64,000 nt of DNA from a bacterium (GTDB taxonomy: Bacteria > Krumholzibacteriota > Krumholzibacteriia > LZORAL124-64-63), in NCBI GenBank assembly GCA_024231905.1, contig JAAEQC010000102.1, forward strand, positions 234,974-298,973, written 5' to 3'. Shown in pieces: positions 63,908 to 64,000 of this stretch. Under the pieces are notes generated by a model. The model had not been told where the DNA came from, searched no databases, and worked only from the letters and a program-made list of their open reading frames with translations. The position numbers and the translations under genes were made by a program. Positions within the stretch are counted from its first letter, which is position 1. Every line of letters starts with the position of its first letter.

Positions 63908-64000
63908 GCGCCGCCAGCTATCCGGCAGCCACCGCCGCGGTCGACATCCTCGGCGCCGGCCTGGACTGCACGGTCCTGGCCGCAGCCGGGGATCGCCTCG
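63904..64000 (+). CDS. murF: UDP-N-acetylmuramoyl-tripeptide--D-alanyl-D-alanine ligase, 5' fragment (3'-truncated by window edge)
   Basis: GTG at 63904 overlaps the murE stop (GTGA). The assignment rests on conserved dcw order; only 32 codons are visible. Confidence 0.4.
   Translation, partial: MSAASYPAATAAVDILGAGLDCTVLAAAGDRL

Noticed and set aside
1-64000. Mobile elements, integrases, toxin-antitoxin modules, restriction-modification or other defence islands
   Set aside because: No transposase, integrase, nuclease or helicase signatures, no flanking direct repeats, and no compositional island of the size expected. The window looks like conserved core chromosome.

Overview
This is a high-GC (roughly 70%) bacterial chromosomal window with a strong plus-strand bias: 59 of 62 called features are on the + strand. 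Many adjacent genes have 4-8 nt start/stop overlaps (ATGA/GTGA), which suggests translational coupling.

Gene content from start to end:
- A 5'-truncated polyprenyl-glycosylphosphotransferase, a UbiA-family (DPPR-synthase-like) prenyltransferase, a DUF362 protein and ispE, all chained by 4-nt overlaps.
- The classic block spoVG, tRNA-Gln(TTG), prs, rplY(ctc), pth, then rpsF and rpsR with no ssb between them, a DUF2232/YybS-like membrane protein, and rplI.
- A GDP-mannose pyrophosphorylase, a parvulin-type PPIase lipoprotein, a secreted small protein, an LpoA-like (TPR plus LivK-fold) lipoprotein, and a TonB-like protein on the minus strand.
- A large lipoprotein amidase (minus strand) with one intact and one degenerate Amidase_3 domain, divergent from an orphan selA.
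- A SPOR-domain membrane protein, smc, ftsY, and a 460-aa hypothetical with an Arg-rich N-terminus.
- A 1277-aa hybrid sensor kinase with a beta-propeller sensor (minus strand), cupin and VOC proteins, and a secreted FN3/collagen-like protein.
- An FMN riboswitch followed by ribD, ribE, ribBA, ribH, a DinB-family gene and nusB.

The most unusual part is the stretch from 37.2 to 57.6 kb. About 20 kb of 14 co-directional, overlapping genes encode:
- a methyltransferase, a GT4 and an LPG-synthase-like flippase;
- two separate polyprenol-phosphate-sugar synthase plus GT-C pairs (DUF2723/PMT-like with a GtrB-like GT2, and YfhO with a Ppm1-like GT2);
- an epimerase and a CapD-like dehydratase;
- a GT2 fused to a non-catalytic WcaJ-type N-terminal module;
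- a secreted propeller protein with a T9SS/FlgD-Ig-like C-terminal domain;
- a FemAB-like acyltransferase and a Wzx flippase.
I read this as a candidate periplasmic protein or cell-surface glycosylation system.

It abuts the dcw cluster: a P_mra-like promoter, mraZ, an inserted STAS-domain ORF, rsmH, ftsL, ftsI (with a PASTA domain), murE and the start of murF.

No mobile elements, CRISPR arrays or rRNA genes were seen. All functional calls are based on protein motifs I recognise; no database search was run.
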